A stretch of DNA of 64,000 bases from Eledone cirrhosa. Its lineage: Eukaryota. This document shows, in pieces, positions 12,868-27,558 of this stretch (its first letter is position 1; each line of letters starts with the position of its first letter). Under the pieces are notes generated by a model, which had not been told where the DNA came from, searched no databases, and saw nothing but the letters and a program-made list of their open reading frames with translations. A program made the translations under genes and the position numbers. Location: contig OZ024746.1 in NCBI GenBank assembly GCA_964016885.1, positions 37,820,001-37,884,000 of the forward strand, in the 5' to 3' direction.

Positions 12868-15856
12868 TATTATATTTTGAGAATAAACTCTCAGTCGTTT
12901 ACAATAATTAAGCTCCAGGAAGGGGCTCTTCGGAGCAGTCAATAGTGTACGATAAACACGAAATGTGTTTACATTGCAACAGACAAAGTTAGCTATTAAT
13001 GAAATAAACTAATAAAAGTGAATACAATTTGTCTGTCTCGATATAAGTCAATAAAGACAATATTATATTGGCAACTGCCATGATTCCTGGACATATTTAA
13101 ATTTCAAAATTCAAACCTGTTCTGTAGACGAATTTGAACCTCGAAACCCAAATAAGTTTCGCAACGGTGGAATGTGAATTGAAAAATAAAGAGTATCGAA
13201 ATGGAATAGAAATAAAAGAGTGAGATACCCAAATCTTCTGTGCTTATCAACAGGAATCCAGTAAGATTAGTTTATATCACATCAAAATTTTTGCAGGACT
13301 GACTACACGTGGGTAGGCAGGCCAAAACTAGCTATCCCACATTCACGGTGCTAGAAATAACAGCCGCTTATGCAGGATTAAGGATCAGCTCTTACAATAA
13401 AGGAGCAATACATTATATTATATTTTGAGAATAAACTCTCAGTCGTTTACAATAATTAAGCTCCAGGAAGGGGCTCTTCCGAGCAGTCAATAGTGTACGA
13501 TAAACACGAAATGTGTTTACATTGCAACAGACAAAGTTAGCTATTAATGAAATAAACTAATAAAAGTGAATACAATTTGTCTGTCTCGATATAAGTCAAT
13601 AAAGACAATATTATATTGGCAACTGCCATGATTCCTGGTCATATTTAAATTTCAAAATTCAAACCTGTTCTGTAGACGAATTTGAACCTCGAAACCCAAA
13701 TAAGTTTCGCAACGGTGGAATGTGGATTGAAAAATAAAGAGAATCGAAATGGAATAGAAATAAAAGAGTGAGATACCCAAATCTTCTGTGCTTATCAACA
13801 GGAATCCAGTAAGATTAGTTTATATCACATCAAAAATTTTGCAGGACTGACTACACGTGGGTAGGCAGGCCAAAACTAGCTATCCCACATTCACGGTGCT
13901 AGAAATAACAGCCGCTTATGCAGGATTAAGGATCAGCTCTTACAATAAAGGAGCAATACATTATATTATATTTTGAGAATAAACTCTCAGTCGTTTACAA
14001 TAATTAAGCTCCAGGAAGGGGCTCTTCCGAGCAGTCAATAGTGTACGATAAACACGAAATGTGTTTACATTGCAACAGACAAAGTTAGCTATTAATGAAA
14101 TAAACTAATAAAAGTGAATACAATTTGTCTGTCTCGATATAAGTCAATAAAGACAATATTATATTGGCAACTGCCATGATTCCTGGACATATTTAAATTT
14201 CAAAATTCAAACCTGTTCTGTAGACGAATTTGAACCTCGAAACCCAAATAAGTTTCGCAACGGTGGAATGTGAATTGAAAAATAAAGAGAATCGAAATGG
14301 AATAGAAATAAAAGAGTGAGATACCCAAATCTTCTGTGCTTATCAACAGGAATCCAGTAAGATTAGTTTATATCACATCAAAAATTTTGCAGGACTGACT
14401 ACACGTGGGTAGGCAGGCCAAAACTAGCTATCCCACATTCACGGTGCTAGAAATAACAGCCGCTTATGCAGGATTAAGGATCAGCTCTTACAATAAAGGA
14501 GCAATACATTATATTATATTTTGAGAATAAACTCTCAGTCGTTTACAATAATTAAGCTCCAGGAAGGGGCTCTTCCGAGCAGTCAATAGTGTACGATAAA
14601 CACGAAATGTGTTTACATTGCAACAGACAAAGTTAGCTATTAATGAAATAAACTAATAAAAGTGAATACAATTTGTCTGTCTCGATATAATTAGTTTATT
14701 TCATTAATAGCTAACTTTGTCTGTTGCAATGTAAACACATTTCGTGTTTATCGTACACTATTGACTGCTCGGAAGAGCCCCTTCATGGAGCTTAATTATT
14801 GTAAACGACTGAGAGTTTATTCTCAAAATATAATATAATGTATTGCTCCTTTATTGTAAGAGCTGATCCTTAATCCTGCATAAGCGGCTGTTATTTCTAG
14901 CACCGTGAATGTGGGATAGCTAGTTTTGGCCTGCCTACCCACGTGTAGTCAGTCCTGCAAAATTTTTGATGTGATATAAACTAATCTTACTGGATTCCTG
15001 TTGATAAGCACAGAAGATTTGGGTATCTCACTCTTTTATTTCTATTCCATTTCGATTCTCTTTATTTTTCAATTCACATTCCACCGTTGCGAAACTTATT
15101 TGGGTTTCGAGGTTCAAATTCGTCTACAGAACAGGTTTGAATTTTGAAATTTAAATATGTCCAGGAATCATGGCAGTTGCCAATATAATATTGTCTTTAT
15201 TGACTTATATCGAGACAGACAAATTGTATTCACTTTTATTAGTTTATTTCATTAATAGCTAACTTTGTCTGTTGCAATGTAAACACATTTCGTGTTTATC
15301 GTACACTATTGACTGCTCGGAAGAGCCCCTTCCTGGAGCTTAATTATTGTAAACGACTGAGAGTTTATTCTCAAAATATAATATAATGTATTGCTCCTTT
15401 ATTGTAAGAGCTGATCCTTAATCCTGCATAAGCGGCTGTTATTTCTAGCACCGTGAATGTGGGATAGCTAGTTTTGGCCTGCCTACCCACGTGTAGTCAG
15501 TCCTGCAAAATTTTTGATGTGATATAAACTAATCTTACTGGATTCCTGTTGATAAGCACAGAAGATTTGGGTATCTCACTCTTTTATTTCTATTCCATTT
15601 CGATTCTCTTTATTTTTCAATTCACATTCCACCGTTGCGAAACTTATTTGGGTTTCGAGGTTCAAATTCGTCTACAGAACAGGTTTGAATTTTGAAATTT
15701 AAATATGTCCAGGAATCATGGCAGTTGCCTATATAATATTGTCTTTATTGACTTATATCGAGACAGACAAATTGTATTCACTTTTATTAGTTTATTTCAT
15801 TAATAGCTAACTTTGTCTGTTGCAATGTAAACACATTTCGTGTTTATCGTACACTA
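12863..15856. repeat. 548-bp tandem array (~3.3 units) followed by ~2.1 inverted units; switch at ~14690
   Basis: 'gaataaactc' at 12881, 13429, 13977, 14525; 14691-15856 is the reverse complement of 13491-14656; flanked by (TA)n. Confidence 0.95.
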
Positions 15857-15903
15857 TATATATATATATATATATATAAATATATATATACATATATATA
15901 AAT

Positions 15904-15974
<71 letters not shown>

Positions 15975-16047
15975 AATATATAAATATATATATATATAAA
16001 TGTATAAATATATATATATATAAATATATATATATATAAATATATAA

Positions 16048-16100
<53 letters not shown>

Positions 16101-16109
16101 TATAAATAT

Positions 16110-16182
<73 letters not shown>

Positions 16183-19100
16183 TTGTTATACTTTGGGAGG
16201 GCCATGTTGCTAATAAGAAACACACGCACCAGTTGCTTTCACTTCAATTTATTATAAATTAAATTTATAAATTTAGGAATTTATAAATTTCCGGTTGTTT
16301 GGTTGGTTCCACAACCAGACGATTGTTCATATATTGTCAAAGTTCTTTCGTCACACATTCTTTAACCTCTTCAGGCTAACAAGGAACTGAAAATCACCAT
16401 GTTCTATTGTCTACGAAAAACAATAACATCTCGACAACTACACTTCATAAAGGAATGTGCCTCGTCCCGAGTTTACACCAACACCATTAACACCGATGTA
16501 AGAAGATTACAACTCACCAAAAAGCAAGCAGATAGGCTAAAACGAACACTAATTCTAAACATAAAAAAGATTTACAGAGTAGTAAGTCATCAAGAAAAAC
16601 ATAAGCGTAACCTAATACAAGTAATAACTAAGATCACCACACCAAGAGAAAAATTAATATTTATAAACCTTATATGTCTTGAAGAAAAGTACATTGTTCA
16701 AGAATATGACAATCACTTTAACAAGAAACTAAAGTGGCTCAAACAGATAAAACTAAATGAAGATACTTTAGTGAATATCGATAGATATCCCGACAAAATT
16801 GACGGTATAAACATGGCCGATATCTCATTAACAGATGAATTTAACAACAACAACACAAATATATACGGCAACACTACAGTCGACTCTGATGAATTATCGA
16901 TATTACAGCTACCACCTAAATATGCCTCATATAATAAGGTAAATATGATAAAATGCTTGTCAGAAATAGAAAAATCATTTACAAAATTACGTTGGAGCTT
17001 CAAAAACAAAAACAACAATAAAAGTAACAACGTACGCACACACACACACACACACATACAACACACACCTCAACAACAACAGACTCACAGACACAAACAA
17101 CGATAACAACACAACATACATCAACAATAATAACATACTCAGTAACAACAACAACAGACACGCAGACACAAACAACAATAAACAACACACACAACAATAA
17201 TAACATACACGGAGATAACAACAACAACACACATCAACAACAGCACACATCAACAACAACAACAACACACACACACATGATATGCCTATCACCACCACCA
17301 CAATCTTAACAAACACACAGACACAGAAAACAGGTAATGACTGTAACACAGAAATAAGGGAAGGTAATATGATTGAAAGGAGAAGGGAGACTTTCGATAC
17401 TGACAGAGAAAATAACCAGGACGAACACACATACACACAAAATAGAGTAGATAATAACAATGAGCCAGAGGAAAGAGACAGGAGCAATAATGAGAGCCAT
17501 AGAAACAACCATGAGGCTGTTGATGGAAATAGAAATAGAAACAACACAACTAACAATAACAATAGCAATAGTACATATAAAGCAGCAGCCTGGAACTCTA
17601 CTTTTTTATAATCCTTCCGATATGTCTTTCGACCTACGACGAGTCCACGCCACGATTTTAGCTATTAACAAACGCACGCAATTGCCGTCGCAGGTCGATG
17701 AACAAACAGAAACACAATTTAGTATAGCTAGATCTAAACTTAGAAATATTATAGTACAGTATAGCAAGAAGCAAAATAGAATGGAGGCCCAGCAACTGGG
17801 AGAAAAATCTTCCAAATGGCTTGCGTAAGCTCATGCGGTGGTCGCGTAATGGAGAGATTGGATGCTTTCCAACATACAAGGCTGGCAGAATGTCGGTTGG
17901 CAGTCTGTCAAACTACATCCAGGCAATGCAACCCCACATAACTAACACAAGACAAGTAACACCACAAGAGAATGAGGATAGGGAAAAAAACCCTCAATGC
18001 CCATATGATGATGTGGACAAATATAATGCAGCCCAACAAAAGTACTGCTAACAAATTCCAAGCCTGGAACAATGACGTGCCAGCGTTGTATGGGTTTCGA
18101 AAAGACCATAAAATGAGCAGTGACCCTATCACAGGATCACCAACACGGCCGGTCTCTGGAGCTAACATTGCTAGTAACTACAGACTTTCCTACTTCCTCT
18201 CCCTGATCATACGCCCCATCATCGAAATGTCCCCAGATATATGTGACAGATATGTGACAGATATATGTGACAGCACGGAGGACCTCCTCAGTAGAATCGG
18301 CGTAGGTAACCGATCTAGGAACCTAACAAACTGCATAATAGGTAGTATGGATGTTGTGTTCCTATATCCATCTATGGACGTGGATTTTGGTGTGGAGAAA
18401 TGCGTAGAAATGATCAGTGAGAGCAATGTTGAATTACGTGGGATTGATACAAGTGAGCTGGGACTCCTACTTAAACTTACCCATAGTAATGATTATCTAG
18501 ATACATATGACCTTAGGAACCTGTGCCCTACAAGACCAGCAAGAGGCAGACCACCTACCATTAATTAAATGGCCAAGAAAACCCACACAAGATAGATGGA
18601 ACCCCCGAAAACCACGATAAACTAAAGAAAATGATTGGTCATGCAGTGGGATATTCACTAAATTAACCCTTAAGGGACATATCTTCAAATTAATGGAAAA
18701 CATATGCCCAAGTGGAGGGAGCAGCCATTGGTGTTAGCATTGCAGGTGACATATCTAACCTATTCATGGTATGGTGGGGCAGTAGACTTAAACTTAAACT
18801 TAAAGAACAATTAGAAGATCCCTTAAACCTGATAATGTACTCCCGCTACGTTGATGATATAAACATCGTAGTAAAAACACCCCTACTAGAGAACAGTCAG
18901 GAATTAGAGAAAAACACCATGGAAAGCATCCAGCAAATAGCTAACTCCATCCACCAGAGTATTAGTGTTACTATAGACTGCCCAAGCAAACACCCCAACC
19001 ATCGATTACCTGTACTAGACACAGAGCTCTGGTTAAGAACGAAAAAACAAATCCTCCATTCCCATTATGCCAAACCCATGACTTCCAAATATCTGATCCA

Positions 19101-20420
19101 CCGAAACTCAGCTGTTTCGGACCATACCAAAATCAACATACTGATTGCGGATTTGGTACGGGTGATGAGAAACGTGTCCCGCATGTGCAACCCCGAAAAA
19201 CTGGAGAGACACATACAACACTTCATCCACCGTATGCAGTTCTCTGGTTACAATGAGAGAGATAAAATCAGAGTATATAGAGGAGCCAGATCCAAATGGG
19301 AAAATAATGGTAAATAATGATACAAATGGGACCTGTCCCTTGTACAGGAGCAAATTTTGGAATAGAATAGAAAGAACTAGGAATAAGGTTAATAGTATAA
19401 ACTCATGGTATGATAGCAATATATACCAGAGAGTAATGTTCATCGAAACAACCCCTAGAGGTGAATTAGCTTACAAATTTAGAAGGGTCCTAGATAAACA
19501 TAAACTCAATATTAAGATAGTAGAAAGACCAAGTACCTCCATAAAACACTTATTAGCAATACATACCCATTTCAAAGACCTCCCTGTATAAATAAGAAAT
19601 GTATAATCTGTAAATTAAGCCCCCGTATTAACTGTAAAACTAGAAATGTAGTATATAGCATAAGATGTACTGAAGGACAATGTAGAGGTAAGAATATAGT
19701 GTACATAGGTGAGACAGCTCGTAGTTTAGGGGAACAGATAAATGAACACTGGCGAGAGCTTCAAGATAGTAAAGAATCATCTGTACTCCATCAACATGCT
19801 GAAACAGAACATAAGGGTGAATTAGATAAATAAAAATAGAATCTACACACAGAAAAGACGCAATGTTTAGACAAATCACAGAGGCAATGAACATAAATGA
19901 ACTCCAACCAAAATTAAATAGAAAACATGAATGGAACAGCAACATCACAACTTACAGTTAAGGACAAAATGAAAACACACACACACATAGAACAAACAAC
20001 CAACCAGTAACATAAATAAACAAATAAACAAATAAATAAACAAATATAAACACACACAGACACCCGCATGTAACACATGCGCAAACTAAGCACACAACAC
20101 ACACAGAAACAAGATGGCGTAGGACAGAACAAACGAGAGGCACAAAAACAGAAAAAGAATCCCCAGTCAGTGAAGAGGTCACAGAATGTGTGACGAAAGA
20201 ACTTTGACAATATATGAACAATCGTCTGGTTGTGGAACCAACCAACCAACCAACCAAAATTTATAAATTCCTAAATTTATAAATTTAATTTATAATAACT
20301 TGAAGTGAAAGCAACTGATGCGTGTGTTTCTTATGGCAACATGACCCTCCCAAGATATATCAATATCGGTTTCAACACACGTTTTCAGATAAATAATCTT
20401 GCTAAACAAATCCAGAAACG
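16183..20420 (+). mobile_element. Degenerate near full-length PLE, family B (possibly Nematis-like), with inverted 5' pLTR (16183-16375) and 3' pLTR (~20160-20420)
   Basis: Fragmented ORF 16399-19960: ALYGFRKDHK, TRPVSGA, GSMDVVFLYPS, YSRYVDDI, LPVLDT, and GIY-YIG 'VVYSIRCTEGQC..YIGETARS' at ~19648-19725. Confidence 0.88.
18712..19317 (+). pseudogene. RT core and thumb fragment of PLE family B
   Basis: GAAIGVSIAGDISNLFM..YSRYVDDI..LPVLDTELW..HYAKPM. Confidence 0.85.
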
Positions 20421-20429
20421 AAATATATA

Positions 20430-20488
<59 letters not shown>

Positions 20489-20600
20489 TATAGATATATA
20501 TATATATTATACATATGAGGGACTTATTTTATTACATGTTATCCATGTGCAACCAGCAGTATTCTTCACCCCATTTTTTCACATATATATATATATATAT

Positions 20601-20828
20601 AACGAAGGAAATGTGGTAAGGAACCAGATGGACCATAACGCACCAATGTACTCAATACTTAGGGTAGTAGAGTGGGTAATAGGAACGAGTAGGACCTCGA
20701 CGGCTGAGCTCAAGCCGTTTCGACGGCTAATTCTGGAGTCCAGAATTCCTATTACCCACTCTACTACCCTAAGTATTGAGTACTTTGGTGCGTTATGGTC
20801 CATCTGGTTCCTTACCACATTTCCTTCG

Positions 20829-20830
<2 letters not shown>
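20601..20830. repeat. Fold-back element: 85-bp inverted arms around a 60-bp core containing a 5'-truncated hammerhead
   Basis: 20601-20685 pairs with 20746-20830 with one mismatch; minus-strand core reads GUC-GAAA-CGGCU-ugagcuc-AGCCG-UC. Confidence 0.85.
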
Positions 20831-20905
<75 letters not shown>

Positions 20906-21146
20906 ATGTGCTGATTTTACTGTGGGTAATAATTGTATGTTATGTGAACAACGAATATGCTACATTTATATTATAAACAATGTTCAATATCATATGCAAA
21001 AATCTTATATAATAATTATATTAGAAAATGTATGCGACGTTATTATTGTTTTTATTCAAGCGATAGATAAATAGTGTTTCAATGATTCTGTAAACTATAT
21101 GTATATTTATAAATACATACATATATATAAATATGTATATAAATAC

Positions 21147-21197
<51 letters not shown>

Positions 21198-21212
21198 TTA
21201 TATTATATCTAT

Positions 21213-21269
<57 letters not shown>

Positions 21270-22519
21270 ACGTATGGGGTGTGTGGGAGAGTATGTTGAT
21301 ATGTTTAGGAATTGATAGGTAGCGAAACTGAACATGGAACAATATGGTGTTGAGTGGAGGATTTAAAAGAGTATGGGGGAAATAAATAGGCTCGAAGATA
21401 AAAATTATAGACAAATTGGTTTATAGAATATGTCTAGTGAGAACTCATTAAATTGTAAATATTATTTTATAATCATTGAAATCTCCATGGAATGGTAATA
21501 TCATATTCAATACCAATTAGTTTACAGTTTTCATACAGACCTAAAGAAAATTACTGATGTTTTGTGGAAAGTGTCTTTTCAGACGTTAATGAATGTGCAA
21601 TCAATAGCTGTGTATCGATACCCACTCTATATCGATAGAGGCTGCTAATTGAATTTCAACGCAACAACTACTATTTTATGATACTTTTCTCCAGCGCCAT
21701 TTTAAAATATTTTGGTACATTTTCACTGTAATTATCTCTCCTTTACTTAATCTATATTTCTCTAACTGTGCTTTTGCTTTTTTTTCGAGGTGAAACGTGT
21801 GCGATTGTGCAACAAATTACTTAATTCGCAACACACACACAAACACACACACACACACATATATGTGTGTGTGTGTGTGTGTTTGTGTGTGTGTATGTAT
21901 GTGTATATATATATATATATGAAGTAGGGTACTCATTACCACATATAGAGAGGATCCTTCAATGAATTATTCTGATACGAATACTTCTCTTTCATACATT
22001 ACTAATTTGCCAGAGTAATGGAGTTTTATATATTCGTTATTATATATTATTTATCAATCAGGTGTGGCCAAGATTTGGAAGTTTAATATAAATTGAATTG
22101 ATTCACTGAATGTATGACAAACAATTCTTCCATAGTTGATTTTAGAAGTAACGGAGAAATTGATTATACATTGAATGAGAGAGGGTGAAAGAGAAACCCA
22201 GTACATGCTGATATAACAAACATAGGGATACTACTGCACGCATACAGGCATGCCTATACATATGGAAGCACAACCTCTCACAAACACACACACATCTGCT
22301 GTGTTACTAGGTACATTTACAAAAAATGATGCTTAGACAGAAAAATTTCCATTTTAGCATGTTTTAAAGGTAAAGTATAAACTCAGCCATAATACCTGTT
22401 GACCAGTTGCACCAGTTGATCGGTTAATGACGAAGGAAATACTCTAAATAAGAATTGTGATGATGCAAATGGCCATGCGATCAGAGTCATTAAACAATAA
22501 GAAAATTGACCAGGACTGA

Positions 22520-23670
22520 AGAGCATAGTCGAATATTTCCACACCAACATGATGGAGACAGTGCAGTTTAACAGGGGCACCTTGAGAAATTCAGCATTCG
22601 CAGCGGCGTAAAACAATGCTGCTGGGATCTTCTTTGCTCTGCACTTGAAGCATGCATTCGGCACTGCAACAGAGGGGATCTTCCTGCATACCAGATCAGA
22701 CGTCAACCTGTTCAAGCTCCCCCGCCTCCGAGCGAGGACAAAGGTACGTAACACCCTCATTAGAGACAGGTTGTGTGCCGTTGATGCAGCAGTTGCAACG
22801 CAATCCCAGCAAGAACTCCAGATGCTGATAGACCGCCTCTCCTATGCCTGAAAGTATTTTAGACTAACCATCTGCCTTGGGAAGACACACGTCATGTGAA
22901 AGGACACAGAGACACCACCGTTCATAAGAATCGATGATTATGAGCTTGTCGCCGTCTATCAGTTTACCTACCTCGGTTCCACCATCACCACAACATGTCC
23001 CTCGACATAGAGCTGGGCAGGAGGATTGGAAAGGCAGCCACATTTGCTCACCTCACAATCCGAGTGTGGACAAACCACAAGCTGGTTTTAAAGACAAAGA
23101 AGGCTGTGTAAAATACCTGTGTCATCGACACACTGCTGTATGGCAGTGAGACATGGTCCCCATATGCTAGACAGGAGAGGCGACCTCACCCCTTCCATCC
23201 GAGAAACCTGCACCCTATCCTGAGTATATCCTGGCAGGAAAGAGTGTCCACGCGGAGGTCCTTATTCGTGCTGGCCTTCCCAGCATGTTTACTCTACTCC
23301 ACCGCATAAGTGGTGACCGCATCCCCAAAGTCATCTTATATGAGGAGTTGGGCTCTGGAAAGGGATCCACCGGTCGACCTCGGCTACGATACCAGGACAT
23401 TGTGAATATATATATGAAGACCATTGAGATAGACACAGAGTCCTGGGAGGGCCTCGCTCCTGACCGGCCAAGGGGGACAAACACCCTGAATCAACACCTC
23501 AAATCAGGGAGGGAGAGTTTGATGACTGCAGCAGCAGATGGGAGACCCCGACGAAAGCAGCGCAATAAATCCAAAGGACCAGTGACCATATACATATTTC
23601 TTCAATGCGACAGAGACTGTCACTCACCTATAGCTGTATTTAGTCACCGGAGACTCTTCTGCAGCTGAGC
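22520..23670 (+). mobile_element. Degenerate 3' portion of an RTE-clade LINE
   Basis: 'HTRSDVNLFKLPRLRARTKVRNTLIRDRLCAVDAA', 'FTYLGSTI', 'TLLYGSETW', 'RIPKVILYEELGSGKGSTGRPRLRYQD', C-terminal C..C..H remnant. Confidence 0.85.
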
Positions 23671-24402
23671 TGACAACAGGATACTACACATGGCCTACTG
23701 AAGGACGCCTCAACTTAATTAACAACAATGACATCATATCATGGATTTGGGTTAAAGAGAAAATAACTCATATGAAAGCCTAAATAAGCACTCTTAACAG
23801 AATCACGCGTGAAAACCTCAATGCATCAATTATTCTGCTATGGATTTCTCCAAATTTGGCATCAGTTTTTTTTTTTTTTATGATATATCCAAATACTCAA
23901 CCCAAAATATCATTAGTCTTTCCTATCGAAACATTGCAAATTTCTATAGAAAGCTTGCAAATTCCTTAAGTTATCTCTTACAACATAGGAATCTTTTACG
24001 ATGACTACAAATGTCCTACATCTAATATGTGTACTCTTAAAATCAGTGCCAAAACAGAGACATTGGTTACTGATGCAGTTTTGAAAGATGTTCCACTACG
24101 AAATACTATTTCAGTAGTTTGTCGAAATCAATTAAAGAATATACCAATCATGCACTTTGAATTTCCCATTGCTTGAGGTTGTTTGGACATTTTTGACTAA
24201 GGCAATAATAGGAAATTATATCAGCTTAATACAACTGAAAGACATATAAATTTGTGTTGGTATAACACCATTTACCTAACCCACTGATCACTCCGGCCTA
24301 TATCTACATAAGATTTTGTCATATAAACACGTTAAATTGGTAATCTACTCGGTTGTTTAAGTAACTATACGCATTTTAGGTCTAATTTTCTATCTGTATT
24401 CA

Positions 24403-24810
24403 TTATTATGGATTGGCAGTTTCGGTAGAGGGTCGGACGCCATGCTTTGCAACATAGAGTTACGCCCCTTTATGATCTGAGTTCAAATCCCGCCTAGGTT
24501 AACTTTTCCTTTCTTCCCTACGGGCTCGATAAAATAAAGTACCAGTCACGCACTGGGGTCGATTTAATCAACTTTCCCCTCCTCAAAATTGCTGGTCTTG
24601 TGCCTATATCAGAAATCATTATTATGGATTGGCAGTATCGGTAGAGGGTCGGACGCCATGCTTTGACGCAGAGTTACGGCCCTTGCGATTCTGAGTTCAA
24701 ATCCCGCCGAGGATAACTTTGCCTTTCATCCTTACGAGGTCGATAAAATAAAGTACCAGTAATACACTGGTAAATTGCAGGCCTTGTGCCAAAAGCAGAA
24801 ACAATTATCA
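24403..24810 (+). mobile_element. Two tandem tRNA-derived SINE copies (Octopus-type)
   Basis: Repeated 'ttattatggattggcag..tcggtagagggtcggacgccatgcttt..gagttcaaatcccgcc..gataaaataaagtaccagt' with B-box GTTCAAATCC; family recognised from memory. Confidence 0.75.
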
Positions 24811-25437
24811 TCGGTTATCAATTAGGAATATATGTATTTATTTATTTATTCCCTGTTATATATTAATCTGCTGATCCTTTTCTTCCAACTTCTTCCCACT
24901 CTCACATCGCGTTACTATACTTGTAGTATCATAAGCTCATCACAAATTCTTTTCTCACTTACACACCTCAAATCTCCCTGCATCTAATAATATTTTGAAT
25001 TTTCAAACTATACTTACACGAGATTTCGATAAGAACAATGGATCATTAGCTTGTCCCACAAGGTTTTAGTAACCATTAACTTATATAGCTTTCTTTGCAT
25101 GTGTTACCAAACTGGAGATCAAATCAAATTAGATAATCACTGTCTATGTACCTTAGCAATTACAGTTAACTTAGGATTTGATTGCTTAGCAGGTATAATT
25201 TTGGCTGCACCTTTTTGCTATCACCTCCTCCTTCATTCGCTTCTACCCACGAGGATAACACTGATATAATTAAAAACAATATTGATTCGTCTCTTTTTAG
25301 GCATTGACCCTTTCTGCCAACAATTCCGTTATACACTTTTACGTTTTCCTGTATCTTGTTAGGTAAATGTTTGTATATTTTCATTTTTGTTTGTATAGTG
25401 GTCTCCAGCATCTACCATTCTGTGATCATTTATTTCC

Positions 25438-25561
<124 letters not shown>

Positions 25562-26675
25562 TCCTTTTCACCAGGTATATTACTTCTGTTTGAGTGAACC
25601 CACAATATATAATCTATACACTTATCTATTCATTTCTACCAACCAAATACTCTATCCATTTAGATGTCAAGTCGCATTCTTGAAATTTTCATTAAGTATG
25701 ATACGTATAAAGGTTTTAATCTTTCTTAGAGTTTTATCCATAATGCTATTCCTCTATATGTCATCTCTACTAGGTATGGAGCTTACTCTATCTAGATATA
25801 TCATAGAATCTATTAATTTTAATACACAACAATTAGGCAACGGACGATTATAACCTTACTAGCTTTTAGTTTGGATTTATGCATAACCAATATTCATTGA
25901 TCCGCCGTCGAATTAATAAAACTTCGTGCGCACTTAGTTTTGTGTGCATAATATCTCGTAACATTGAATAATATCCAGAATAGTATTTACTCTAGAAGTT
26001 TGAATGGAATACACAAGCATTACTATTTATATTAACGAATTATATAATTTTGTTAAATATAATTTTGTATTACACATCCATTACATATAAAGTAATATAA
26101 TGTTGTAAAAGTTTAGATTGAATCAGTTACTGAAAGGCTTCATATTTTGCAAAGGGTCCATTATATATTTCATAAATACGTAACTATTGTCCTCTCAAAG
26201 TGCAGTCTGTTAAAGTTTTCTTAACTTTAATAGAATATATTTAACATTAGCAATGTAACCATAGAAGTCTTGATTGATATAAGCGCGTACATATTTACTC
26301 ATCTCTCCCAAATTGAAATCTGTATATTTCACTTTAAACTTCAAATCTCACATTTATTTTTTGTTTAATAATATGCCATCTGATAATTTTCTATTCCTTT
26401 TCCATCACAAGTATTTTCTTTAAGTTTATTTTTACACCATTAGCCAAAACAATATTGTTATCAACCGTCATTTACATTTCAACATTCCTATAACGCTACC
26501 GAACCTGATAAAGGTATTATATATGTTATGTTCCAAATCAATTTAAAATTGAGAAATCCTTAAAGAAGAAGACGTATTAATTAATATGTTACATTTAAAG
26601 TAATACACAAGCAAACACACGCTCAGCAACAACAACGCACGTACACATTTTCACATTTAAACACACACACGCACG

Positions 26676-26720
<45 letters not shown>

Positions 26721-26723
26721 ATA

Positions 26724-26806
<83 letters not shown>

Positions 26807-26916
26807 ATATATATATATATATATAAGTATATATATATACAGATATATATATAAATATATTTTATAGATATAAATATATTTATATATATATATAAATATA
26901 TTTATATATATAAATA

Positions 26917-27015
<99 letters not shown>

Positions 27016-27145
27016 AAATATATATATATATGTTTGAATATGTATAATAAAGCCAAAACAATGCAGGTATGGACATAGAAAAAAGAATGCAATTGCAAAA
27101 GATATTGTTGACAAATCGTCTTTTACCTTAGATTTATTTAAATGT

Positions 27146-27181
27146 CCTTAATTTTCGAGATAATATCTCTTCTTCAGAGGG
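27146..27181 (-). ncRNA. Minimal type-I hammerhead in the PLE 3' end
   Basis: CCU-CUGAAGA-A-GAGAU-AUU-AUCUC-GAAA-AU-UA-AGG. Confidence 0.75.
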
Positions 27182-27558
27182 AAATGAAGGTCTCAAACCA
27201 GCGTTCTAAATATCTTGCCAAGCCATGCTGACAGGAAATAGTATAGAGTATCTGTTCTATCTCTAATGTCAAAGAGTTAAAATTATGTGGATAAAGAGTA
27301 GTCTCCCTTTAAAAGGGGTTTGTTTAGGTTTTTTTTTGTATATACATGCCTGTTTAAGTGTGTGGGATAATGAATGAAGGTGTAAGTATGTGAGTGTGTG
27401 TGTGTGAGTGTGAGAAGATAAGTCTATTCGTAAATGTGGGGGATAGGTGTTATCTGGTGTTAGAACTGGTTTTGTGTGTGTGTGTGTGAGAGAGAATATG
27501 TGGAGGTGTAAGCGTGTGTGTGTGTGGGGTGTGTGTAAATATGCGGCTAGAAGCCCTA

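Noticed and set aside
12863-15856. Tandem arrays as CRISPR, rDNA or snRNA clusters
   Set aside because: No unique spacers and no recognisable rRNA, snRNA or tRNA sequence; eukaryotic context
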